Assembly: GCA_023231475.1 (NCBI GenBank)
Contig: JALJEE010001592.1
Coordinates: forward strand, 1 to 42,388
Direction of reading: 5' to 3'
DNA length: 42,388 nucleotides
From: Seison nebaliae
Lineage: Eukaryota
Positions 24,837 to 36,900 of this stretch are shown here, in pieces. Below the pieces are notes generated by a model, which ran no database searches, was not told the DNA's origin, and saw only the letters and a program-made list of their open reading frames with translations. A program made the translations under genes and the position numbers. The stretch's first letter is position 1, and the number at the start of each line of letters is the position of its first letter.

Positions 24837-25990
24837 GAGAAATTAATTGGGAACATACTTATCTTAAATAAAAATTTCTGTTAAACAACTTCCTCATAAC
24901 GAAGTATAAGTCAAGATAATTGTACAATGACCTTGCCATTCAGGATGGAGATAAAACATATTCTTCAGATGCAATATTGATTCCATTTCACTGACTGTAA
25001 TCAATTGGGTAAATTTATAATTGATAATTTTGAATTTATTGAAGGAACTTCCTTCAAAGGGGGGGTTTATGAAAATTTACTTGTTCTCCTTTGAAATATT
25101 TAGTAAAGACAACTAAAAAAGTAAGCTAAAACTAGAGGGATGGATAGAAAATAGTGATAGGAATTGAATTATTTACGAAAGTGAATCTTCAGGGAAATTA
25201 AGATCAAATAAGATAAACTTCCATATACTCGGAAGGAAGATTGTGGCGGATACAGTCCGAGATTGTGGTGACAAGAAACATATAGCGATTGATGATCAAC
25301 AACAGATAATCTCCTTTGTACATGTTGAGAAGATAAATTCGAATTATTCATCTCTTACTTACTAGTACTCATGCCAGAATGAACTAGGGAATTTCATAGA
25401 ATTATGAACATGAAGTTTGTTCTTCCTACAAATACACTTCATTTTGTTGTTGTAGACAGAAAGTCATTTTCAATTACGACCCATTCATCCAAATTCAAGA
25501 TAAGAAAAAACTTAAGCTGAAAATAGGATATACTGTGAAGTTAATATATGTAATATTACTTAAAGTAGGTACCGGAATAGGTGCATTGTTCATGAAATAG
25601 TTTTGTGCGACCCTTAACAAAATTATTAATAATGTTTTGTTTGCCATTGTTTGGCATAATCCAATTAAAGTATTTTAACATCATCCAACACACAGAACAT
25701 ACATAACAATCATAAACAAGCCGAGTGTCGAAATGTGGGCAACGAAGGAACAATAAGAATTTATTTGGAAACTAATTTGTTTACAAACTACAAACATTTT
25801 CTTTTACAAACATTACATCAACATGATTTGCTCACCTTCATAATTTGTGTCCGTCTCTATTCAACCATCAAATAATCTAGTTAATAAATGTTCTTGCTTC
25901 GTTCTATCATGGATTGGTGTCGTTCGATGACGGGAAACTGAATAAACTGCATTTATTGAATTTTCATGTAAGTGTAAATATAATATCCTC

Positions 25991-26026
25991 TAATAATAAT
26001 AATAATGATAATAATAATGATAATAA
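25991..26026. repeat. Imperfect (TAA)n microsatellite
   Basis: taataataataataatgataataataatgataataa. Confidence 0.8.
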
Positions 26027-26686
26027 TTTTCGTACATTTACGATCAATCTACCTCGGAAACGGAAAGAAGAAGAAGCATAGAACGAACATTTAAAAAAAA
26101 GTCGAACTGAATGAAAAATATTTCAGGAGGAAAAAGTTTCCTTCTAAAAATGAACAGAACTCTCGAACCCCAAGTAGGTTTGACACGCAAATAATAGAGC
26201 GAATTTCTAACGATTATGAAACTTAGAAATGTTCGCACTTTTATTTATTATTTTTATTTCTACTTCTGTTTTTTTTTAATATCAATCAGGTTAGTGCACT
26301 AAAAGTTGATGATATTGGACAAATTAATTTTTATTAAAAATCTTTCATGACTCTGTTAAAAAATAAAACTCATAAAATTCTGTGTAGGACATTCTCGACG
26401 AAATTGCCTCTCATCAATTCAAACTAATAAAAAAAATATTCAGTTATAATTTCCGTTTCCGTTTCATGCTCGTAAATATTACATGTAATCTTTTCGGGAT
26501 TTTATTGGAACAAAAAGTCTTGTTCTCCTATTATTACCAGACACATTGGATATTATGTAAAGATTTAGGAGATTATATGGAAAAAACATTTATTATTGAG
26601 GAAGAATATACAAAAGTTCATTAATTTGCAAAAATGGAAAATAAGAACAAATATGATTTGTTATGATTCAGAAAGAAGAGGAATTG

Positions 26687-29600
26687 TTAATCGGTTAGAC
26701 TAAATTGTATGATGGTATCTTTAGCATCCATATCTATCTCGGATAACTTATAGTAAGATAAAGTTAACTCAAATGCCTAAAAAAATAGATAGAAGGTCAG
26801 TTGAAATGAAAACACTTAACTTTCTTTGCTTCATTCCATGTATCAGTAGATAAGTAATCTCTCCGATTATTGTTAACCTTCATCCATAATGGTCGTTTCG
26901 GAAATCCATAAATTGTAATAGAATCATAATTGACATGGGTAGTTATCATCTCCTTACTCACCATGTGTAATTCAAACAAATATTTCTAAAATTATTCAAA
27001 AAATAATTTTTTTAATTTTTAAAAATTAAAATTTTCGAAAACTTTTCCTTCAACCGGTTTAAATTGATAAGTAATAAAACGATAATTATCGGATGACATA
27101 ACTTTCATAAAAACGAATGAAACAGAATATTTAAAAGGAGAAAAGAAACTTGCTGAATCGCCGTTATCGAAGAAGAAACAACCTTTCGCAATCATTTTTT
27201 CATTAAGCGCAATTATAATCAAAAGTTTTTGAGATTTCAAAAGTTCGATTGGTGTTGACCTCTTCACGTTTTTCTTTCCTGCAGATCGTTTCGGTCGATC
27301 AGGATACGTATATGTTTCTTCTCCTCCAACAATATTGATCATTTGAGAACCTCTTCCACCTTTACTGTGACTAAAATTTAAGTGGAATATTAAATGTCAA
27401 TGGAATGTTTACAAGAAGAAAAATTCAAAACAAATTTATTGGAAATCTCAATCGAGATTTATCATTATCATCTAAAATTGCTTGATTTTGGAGACTAGGA
27501 ATTTCCTGAATTGAACTCATTATAATGATCGATCCACTTTTCATAAATACGATCATTCGATTTATATCAACAATATCGATTCGTTGTTGATGGTTCGAAT
27601 GATCGATATCATATCTCAAAACATTATGCAAATCATACCAGGTACCTTTGGGTAGATAAAATAATCGTCGTTTTGCTCTCTATCTCTGATATTTAGAATT
27701 AAGAAGTTAAGAAAATGAGAAACCGGTTCGAGTATCGGAACAATTAATAATGATTCTCCTAACATCCATTCATCATCGATGTCAAAAACGGTTGTTTCAT
27801 TTGGATAACTTGTGATTTGAAGAAATTTTATTATTTTTAATTTGATAAATTTTTCAACTTTACCCAAATCGGTCTCATTATCATATCACCATATTGATGT
27901 GACAACCAATAAAGTGTGTAGATGTGATTGATTAACGACACTCGCCATTCAACTGCATCGACCATACTACTTCTGTATGGTTCTTCAAAAGACGCAGGAT
28001 CATGTCTCTATTAATGTAGAAATTTAAATTTGAGAAAAAATAAAAAGAACTTGATCGACTTCATAATAATAATTCCTAAAAATCGGCATAAAAGCAGCGG
28101 CTTGCATCCATCTCGTACACAATTCAGGATCGACATTTACACCGTACGATCCACAAACATCTGAACCGACTGCACTGAATCCGAACAATGAGAATTCCAT
28201 GGACAAAATGATGGATTGACGGAAATCCTTCCAGGATGATTTGAGATTGTCGATAATTTTACCTGCATATTTCCCCGTACCTAAAAATGCGGATCTGGTG
28301 AAGAGTGTGGTCCGATTGACTGATATGGCTCGAACAGCACTAGTAATTTTTGAGATATGTTTGAAAATTATTTTAAAAAACTTGAAAGTTTGTTCACTCA
28401 TCGCATGACCATAATATCCGATAATATTAGCAAAATAGGAGAGATGCAATCTCGCATCCATACAAACGGATCCATGATAAAATATCTTCCTGTCAACTTT
28501 CTCAAAACTTATTAATATTAGAATGAGGAATCTATTCTCAACTTGGATTATATGGCGGTTCGTTATACTTCGAATATGAACAATATGATTCGTTTTTCAT
28601 GTAAGCATCGACAGTTGGTTCATTCTTATTCTAAAAGATTTATGGAAATTAATTAATTATGAATAAATTAAATAAAAAATAAATATATTTTATGGAATGA
28701 AAAAAGAAACCATATATAATCCACCCAACGAGCTTAATGTGGATAATTCAAGAAGGGAATTCATAATTTGTTTTAAAACTTCGGGATGTGTATAATCCAC
28801 TAGATTACTTTCCGGTTCATCCGTTTCTTTTCCCTAAAAAAAATATAAAAATATTTATAAGAAATGTCAAATAGATTAAAGTAAACTGGAATGGATATAG
28901 CAATTGGTTTGAAATTGTCGAGAATCCATAATTTATCAGGAGCCTCCAAATTTATCCAAGGAGCATATGGTTGGTGACCAACTGGACTGACCGGTAATTG
29001 AGGTACCTAAAAAAGTTCAATTTGAAAATCATGATTAATCATTCAATTTTAAGTTGGAAAAAATTTTTCCAACAATTTCAATTACCATTCGAGTGCCATT
29101 CTTTAGAAGATTATTACTCACTGAATTGAATTTTTTATATTCTTCGCCAACTGTATAAACATATATTCCATTTCTCGCTGTTTCCATTCCACAATGTAAT
29201 CCCGTCTTGAAAAATTTAGTATAAACAATTAATAACGAAAAAATTGAGAGTAACTATTCTTACTCCACTTCTCACATTTTCATCATAGACTTCCGCTAAA
29301 TAAGTGAGATTTTTGTAATAAGCATGTCCCATTTGGAAACCGATGGACCAGAGAGCTGGCATCATCGGATATCCGATAACACGATGGAATTCTTGTAGAG
29401 CTGATTTTGGACAATTTCCCATAATAATAATTATATCTAATATTCCACCCAATGTTCTCCAAGTAACTGATCTTTTCCTCGCATTTTGACTCAAAGTCAC
29501 ATCTTTTAAATCAATTAAAATTAATTTATTTCATTTAATTTTAAAAGATGAAAATTTTAATAATTCCAATTTTCATTTAATTTTAAAAGATGAAAATTTT

Positions 29601-31038
29601 AATAATTCGAATTTTCATTTAATTTTTTGAAGAAGAAAGAACCTTGAGCATTTGTATTTCTGAGAAAAACTATATGACTTGATCGATCTTCCTCCACCAC
29701 CAAATACATTGGAATGTGACTAAACAGTTCGTGATGATTCTACAAATGGAATTTCTCATGATGAATTACAAAGAATAATATGAACGATTCCATCAGAAAT
29801 TTTGTTATTTCCATTAGCAAAGATGGGCCATCTTTCTCGATTAAAAGGTAAATGATTCAATTTGGAATGTGCATGTTCACCAAAACCATAAAAACCAACA
29901 GCTGGGGGTAGTGATGTGGTGAATTCGTTAAATTGATCAGATAAAATAATTGGAGTATTTCTAGTATCGAATCTGATGGAATTGAATTCGTTTTATTTTA
30001 TAAATAAAAATTCCATGCTAACATAGTTGCATTGTTAGATAATCGACGAATTTCTATTTGAAACGGTTTTTCGATGATATTGATCGAATAATTAACATCT
30101 TCACTATGAAAGTCATTGTCGGGACTAATGGGATGTGGTACATGCCATCGATGTTTTATAAAAGACTTTGGGTTGTATCCTTCGATAACAACACGAATTC
30201 GATTATTACTTTGTTGTTCGATAAAAAATCTTCCTTTCTCATAATCGTTGATAGTGAATGATAATGGAATATTTAATCGATTGATTGTGCCCGAAATTTT
30301 TCGATGAGATTCATTCTTCATTGTATCGATTTCATATCCATAATTATTGGGATAAATACATCGAGGTAATGGATGAATGTTTTTTCCAGAATAATCTCGA
30401 TAATATTTCACTACATTCCCAATCCAACAACAACCACGACTAATACAAATATCTTCAGTTAATATATCGGGTGTTTTCGATTGTGAAGAATTTAATTTTA
30501 ATTCATAAATCTCCGAAAAATCAATAGCACAATCAACGAGAAGAGGATCAAAATCAGATATGGTAGAGACGGACGGACATTCTGGTATTTCCATTGGTCT
30601 TTTTTTCATTTTTATTAAGAAAACCGTCAACAATGTCACTCCTACGAGTAGGAGTACAATTAAAATTAACAACACTACCACAATCTTTCGATGATTTAAT
30701 AGCCACATATCAAACGAATTGACTTGTTTCGATTGACGTCGATTTTGTAATCGTTTATTATATAATTTGATTCGACGTTCACGGACAACTTTGGGTTCAT
30801 TTCGAGCACGAAAATTAAATGAACGATAAATTCTCTTTCTTTCTAATTCACTATCTAATTCGTGATCGAATGCTTCCGTCGCCGTTTTCGACGGAATAAT
30901 TATCGCTGTATCATACAAAACGTCATTTTCATCTTTTTCTTCTGTCATGGCAAATGTGTCAGACGAATGAACTGATATATTATTTCTATTTCTACCAGAA
31001 TTTAATTGAATTGAGTAAACAAATGGTTGTTTATTCAT
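26687..31038 (-). CDS. Type II membrane trefoil-GH31 alpha-glucosidase-like protein (GAA/sucrase-isomaltase family), probable pseudoenzyme; multi-exon
   Basis: Cytoplasmic N-tail, TM segment IVVVLLILIVLLLVGVTLLTVFLI, trefoil CISRGCCW..CIYP, KPFQIEIRR, FYGFGEH, WRTLGGILD, IGYPMMPALWSIGFQ, SVCMDA, SMEFSLFGFSAVGSDVCG, ELCTRWMQAAAFMPIFRN, DEWMLGESLLIVPILEP. Last exon ends ..QFSLTD* at 26687. Confidence 0.92.
29529..29626. repeat. 42-bp tandem repeat (~2.3 copies) within a GH31 intron
   Basis: tttcatttaattttaaaagatgaaaattttaataattc(c/g)aat starts at 29529, 29571 and (partial) 29613. Confidence 0.9.
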
Positions 31039-31128
31039 CGAAAAGAGTTCTCTTATAAATTTATAGGAAAAAAGTGAAAAATTCTTTTATTTACAACCTC
31101 TAAAGAACGAGAGATAAGAAATTTATTA

Positions 31129-32146
31129 TCATTTACTCATTCCCAACATGAATTTACTCGAGTAAATATTTCTATAAATCATATGGCTACCCACCATATC
31201 ATGAAATAAGAATTTATAATTGAAATATTTAGAATTGGCCGACTCGAACATATTTTCGAATTCCTAAAAAAAGAAACTTTTCTCGAAAAATTTCAGGTAA
31301 ATTTAACTTGTTCAGTAATTTCTTTAAATTGTTTCAATTTAATTAATTTGATAATAGTTTGTCGTAATTTAAATATTCTCTTAGAAATAGAACCCCATTG
31401 TGGTATTGTAATGGCATATTTTCCAGTGGAATACATTTGAATAAAACCATATTTCACCATAAGACTGAAAATAATATTAATTAAATTTTTTTTAAAATAA
31501 CTTTCTTTCCAATGGATTTATGTCGTGATTAAATAAATCCTGTTCCCTGACAAATATTTCACCATTTTTTAATTTTTTGAAAACATATTTTATTCTCTGA
31601 CACTATATAAATTCTCAAATAAAATTTAGAAGAAATTTAAAATAACTGATAATAATGATATAGTATCGGTGTTCAATAAATTTTGTAATTTTTTATGAAT
31701 ATATTTCAAATAATCATTCGTTTTCATCAAAACGAAATATTTACCTTCTCCAACATTTACTTGGAAATGACGATATTTATCATCTTCTATTAATCTTTTC
31801 TGATACTGAAATATTTTCTTGGAAAAATAAAAAAATATTAACGATCGATTGTCGAATTAATGTGAGATTATTGTCAAAACAATTTAGTTGATGTTGAAGA
31901 ACAAAAGAAGGAAAATTGTCAATTTGACAAAGTTGTGAAATATCCTCAAAATTATTTTCAAAAATTTTCAAAGATTCATCTTCTATAAGAAAAATAATAG
32001 AAATTTAATTAATTAAATAACACCTGACCATTTAACGTCGACGGTTTCTGATGGATAAAAGATCCAGAATTTACTTGGAAATATGTCATTGATTTTCCAT
32101 CAAAATTTATCATTTACATTTCGTTTTTTTCTCGAATGAAATTCAT
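31129..32146 (-). CDS. STK19: STK19 (winged-helix transcription-coupled repair factor) homologue; ~7 exons, essentially missed by the ORF track
   Basis: Hand-spliced product MNFIREKNEIKFWIFYP...FPSFVLQHQL...LMVKYGFIQMYSTGKYAITIPQWGSISKRIFKLRQTIIKLIKLKQFKEI...YKFLFHDMVGSHMI..MSK* parallels STK19 LPPIVLRSQV, LVNAGVL..WWLAVPGAGRF..GRQAVL..KYREL and YHVHDLIGAQLV. The start exon is less certain. Confidence 0.75.
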
Positions 32147-32220
32147 TTATGAATGATGAAACCATTTTTCAAATTTGAAATTCTTTATCAAAAAGATTTT
32201 TTGGCTGAAGAAAAAAATAA
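32147..32220. promoter_or_regulatory. Putative minimal bidirectional promoter region between STK19 and EXOSC8
   Basis: The divergent ATGs at 32146 (-) and 32221 (+) are only 74 nt apart. Inferred from geometry; no motif identified. Confidence 0.55.
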
Positions 32221-33560
32221 ATGGCAAATTTTTTAAAGTTTCAATTTTATTTAGAAAGAAATATTTGAAATTTCTAATTTATCAGATTAGCAAATGAGAA
32301 GGAATATCTTCAATTATTTCTAGTTTGTCTTTTGAATAAATTTTAGGAAAATTTTATTTTTAATTTCGTAGAAAGAGAATTGTCGTTTAGATGGACGTGA
32401 GTTATTGGAGAGACGTAACTTCATAGGAAAAAAATCTTTTATTTCAACAGCCGATGGATCTTCTTTAATTAGAAGTGGTAACAACGTCGTTTGTTGTGGA
32501 ATAAAGGCAGTTATTTTTGAGTTAATGTGAATTTTTTTATAAAAAATTTTGATAAGGAATTTCATGAAATGTCAATGCAGAAAATTAATGGAGGACTTAT
32601 TGGTTTTATTTACTATAAATTTTTCTTTTTAATTATTATCCAAAACTTTAAGTTCCAAACGTTGAATTTTCTTCTCAATGTTCGAAAAGATATTATGGAA
32701 ATTTACCATCAGCTTATTCTCAATATTTGACGAAAGAATTAAATTTAATTTTGAAAAAGTTGTTTTATGATTTTCATTCTCTTTTATTTTTATTCTTCAG
32801 ATTTGAAGTAGCTACTTCGCCCAACCTCACCATAATTTCCCAACGATTATTTTGGTGTTTATACATCGATGTTAACGTGATAAGTCATGATGGAAATATC
32901 TTTGATATCATTCTATTATCAGCATTAACTGCCTTGAACAATTGTTAGAATTTCTTGAAAATTTTCCATAAATTTCTCTTTTCTAATTGGAAAATTTAGT
33001 GGAATTACCGACTATAAATATCGATAAAGACCATTTGGAAACATTGGAATTGGATGACGAAGGTGATAATGTAGAGATTAATAATTTGCCGTCTTTAAAA
33101 AATATTTCGGTGGATGAGAAAAGGAAATGGAAATTACTTCCATCAAACGACAAAATGCCAATTTTGATTTCATTCACTATAATTGGAAAGTTCTTGTGAT
33201 ATTATCAAATTTTCTCAATTTCTTCCATAATTTTTTAGTGATCGTGCTTTATTTGATACAACGGAAGACGAAGAAAATATAATTTGTTCATTAGCGACAG
33301 GATCAATATCATCTACTTCCATCGCTAGTTATCAAGATTTATCTCTAAATTTCTTTCGAGTTTTCACAATTAATAACGAGAAGAATGTGGAAGTTTTTCA
33401 TTCGTTTGAATATTTCGGTTTGAAATTTTGTTCTTTCTGAATCATTCTTATTCTATTCAAAGGACGATATAATATCAGTGAGAGTTATAGCAAACAACTT
33501 ATCAATTTAGCATTGAAATCAGCGACAGAAATCAGAAAGGAAATTTTGGAAGAATCTTAA
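32221..33560 (+). CDS. EXOSC8: RNA exosome core subunit Rrp43; multi-exon
   Basis: Spliced product MANFLKLANEKEYLQLFLKENCRLDGRELL...ISTADGSSLIRSGNNVVCCGIKAEF..VPNVEFSSQCS...LFWCLYIDVNVISHDGNIFD...ALNNLELPTINI...FDTTEDEE matches EXOSC8 (FLKENCRPDGREL, ISTADGSA, LVWVLYCD..DGNILD). Stop TAA at 33558-33560. Confidence 0.92.
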
Positions 33561-33972
33561 ATTTTTTTGTATTATTTTCTGTTTCTATGAAATTTGTTAA
33601 ATTTAATTCTCTTGTATTACGAAAGTTGTAAATGATTGCTCTTTTAATATAGGGAAATATAAATAAAAAAAAAGAAAATCTGATTTACTTTGAATAAAAT
33701 AGAGAAATTGTTTGAGGTGAAATGAAGAAGGATTGAATGGAAATTTTACAAAAAGAAATGTTTAGAAGCAAAATAATCACAACAACGCTTTTAAATAACT
33801 TGGAGAGATGAGGAAAATGAATTTACAAATTATTTTTTAGAGATTGATTGTTGACCGGGAAATGAAAATTTTTCCAAAAAAAATTTGTCCAACTTCTTTG
33901 TTCGATGAGAAGAAATCAGCTTGGAGAAAGGAGGAACATATAACCGAAAAGTTAATAAATGAAACATTTTCT

Positions 33973-36900
33973 TTAATCGTCCAGACAACGATAATCGAGA
34001 TTTGAGAATGTGACTTTTTCTTGGGCGAAAGTAAAGAATCCAATACGACCGCCAGAATATGATTTATCTCTAATTATTCCCGTATCGACCACAACGTTTC
34101 TATTACCGTCGATGATGGTGAATTGTATTGTACCTAAATCTGATCGATGTTCTAATTTCCATCTATATGGAGTAAACGATTTCCATCCAACTTCGTTTTT
34201 ATCGTGATATAATAATTGAGTCTAATAGAAAGTTTTGTCAATTTTGTAAAATTATAAAAAAGGAATTAAAACTTGATGAATGACACTTTCAGTATTCCAA
34301 ATTGAATTTCTTAATAAGCCACTTCGACCAGTTGTCGAATTAATTTTTTTTATATGTAAACCTGGTCGTGCTACAGCTCTGGAGAAATGGAAGATGTTGA
34401 ATAAGAAGAAATTTAAAAATCAAACCTAAATGGAGTGGACATCCAAAATGTTTGTGATTGTTGATGTGCATTATTCTTTTTCCATTCAATTAAATAAAAT
34501 CGATTTATCGATTCGAAAGAAAAGACTATTCCAATAAAATCATCATCCAAAACTGAATTGATTTGAAGCGTTCCAGAAAATTCCACATTTTCCATTGCCA
34601 CATTTAACAATAAAATATTTGCATCACTTTTCACTTCCTGAATTTGTCAAACAAAAAATAAAGTTTTGAATAAATATAATAAAAATTTAACTTGATAAGC
34701 TTCTTTACCGTTAGCTGGTATGATCCATTTGGGAAGGACGTCAATATTTCGATCGAGTAAAACGATTTGATGATTGAAACTGACATTCACTTTGGAGATG
34801 GTTGAATCTCTTGGACAAACATCAGAAATGTCAGGAACTCCGTCACTATCGAAATCGACTTCACAAGCGTCACCAATTCCATTTCCATCTGTATCAGTTT
34901 GATCGGGATTATAAACAAATTGACAATTATCTTCAACATCTTTTATTCCATCATTATCGTCATCGTCATCACAATCGTCACCTTTTCCATCTTTATCGTG
35001 ATCTTTCTGTAACGGATTGCTGATGAATGGACAATTGTCTTTGAAGTATTCGATTTGATCGCCATCTTTCCAAATTAAATTTTCATAATCTTGTAAATCT
35101 GTATTGTTCGTTTGTAGAGTTGTCGATTTTCCTACAGTATCACAAGAATCACCAATTCCGTTTCCATTTGTATCAATCTTTTTTTAAATAATTATAAAAT
35201 AGAAATAAATGTTTTAGAAATGAACTTGTAATTTATTTGTTTTAAATGGACAATTGTCACAATAATCTCCAATTCCATCACCATCAGTATCCGTTTGATT
35301 CTTATTGGAGATCATTGGGCAATTATCCTCATAATTCTTCAAACCGTCTCCATCAATATCATCATCACAATAATCACCAATATTGTCTTGATCCATATCC
35401 GTTTGTTCGGCATTATATAATGATGGACAATTATCACAAACATCACCAAAACCATCATTATCAGCATCTAATTGATCTTCATTGGCCATATACACACAAT
35501 TATCCTAAATCCAAATATTAATTTAATTTAATCTTCTCAATCTACTAACTACTTCGTTCTTGATACCGTCATTATCAACATCGTCATCACAAACATCACC
35601 CACACCATCTTTATCGATATCTTCTTGTCCACTGTTCGGCATATTCAAACAATTGTCTGGTACACAATCTAGGACATCTGCTGGACATTTATCAGGAATT
35701 CCATCTAAATCTATATCGATTTCACACCATTCACCACTACCAGCACTGCCGATTCCACACTGGAATAATTAAGAGAAATTTAAAAAAGAAGAAAATTCTA
35801 TTGTGGAACTTCGCATTTCTGAGAGATGATAAAAGAGTTCCTATCATAAATCGTTACACAAGAAGCATCATCCGCACAAATTTGATCCGTCTCATTACAA
35901 TATCGTTTCATATCTACACAACGACCATCTAAAGTTCTTTCATATTCCTCAAAGCAATCTCCACATTCATATGAACCCTAAAACATGAACATTTAACATA
36001 CTTACATTAGTATTCGAATGAAATTGAACTTCCATGTTTATACAAATAGAATTTTTCGTACAATTATTTGAAGTGACGTTCAAGCATTCGTTTATATCTA
36101 TACATTTATGTTGGGTAATATATTGGCCAAATTCGGTCGTTTCGTGCTTAACGTCAGCACTATAACCCAAAGGACAGGGACCACATTCGAAAGTGCGATA
36201 ACTATTTTTACATTCTACCTTCGAATCACACGGACTCCAACCACTTTCACACTAAACAGCAATCGAGTCAATTACAAGAAAATATTACAAGACAAATAAT
36301 TAAACTTCATCAATATCTTCACAATTCGAACCGTCGCCTTGGAGACCGATTGGACAATTGCCACAACTATAAGTTGTTCGATTTGATCTATAATCATAAA
36401 CATCTCTACATTCTACATCGACAAAACAAGGATTATCTTTACACAAAATTGATGTACACTCAACACCATCACCAGTATATCGTTCAGGACATTCTCCACA
36501 TTTCACTATTCCTTCATCATCCATCGAACATGTCACTCCATTGAAACATTTTATATCGTCACATGTTAAAACTTTCGACGTAGTTGTAGTAATATCAGTT
36601 GTTGTTTCTTCGGTTGTTGTTGTTGTTGTGGTTGGAAGTGTAGTACTAATAGTGGTAATAGTCGAAGGAGTACTCTTTTTTTTAATAATATCAGAATTAC
36701 CAGTTGATGGTTTCAAATTGGCATAAGTTCTATCGGAAAACTTTTCACATATCTTTCCGTCGCCAGTTAATCCGGTGGGACATTTGCCACATTTAAAACT
36801 TGTTCCATGAACGAAACATGTGACGTCTTTGAAACACGGATTAGGTATACAAGGCGAATTGGCCAGATATTTCATGACGGAATCATCTGTCAAACCGACG

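Noticed and set aside
25170..25760. Possible hAT transposase remnant on the minus strand (LRCPH..., LNLDEWVVIE)
   Set aside because: Only two short, weak motif resemblances; no RW motif, catalytic residues or TIRs found.
28340..28381. Apparent 14-aa insertion (KFFKIIFKHISKITS) in the GH31 ORF 28024-28461
   Set aside because: Better explained as a stop-free 42-nt gtt...tag intron; removing it restores the family alignment.
32025..32165. ATG at 32165 followed by an in-frame TGA and continued STK19-frame sequence, suggesting selenocysteine or stop readthrough
   Set aside because: A 44-nt gtaaat...ccaag intron with an ATG at 32146 removes the TGA and restores frame using ordinary splicing. No SECIS evidence.
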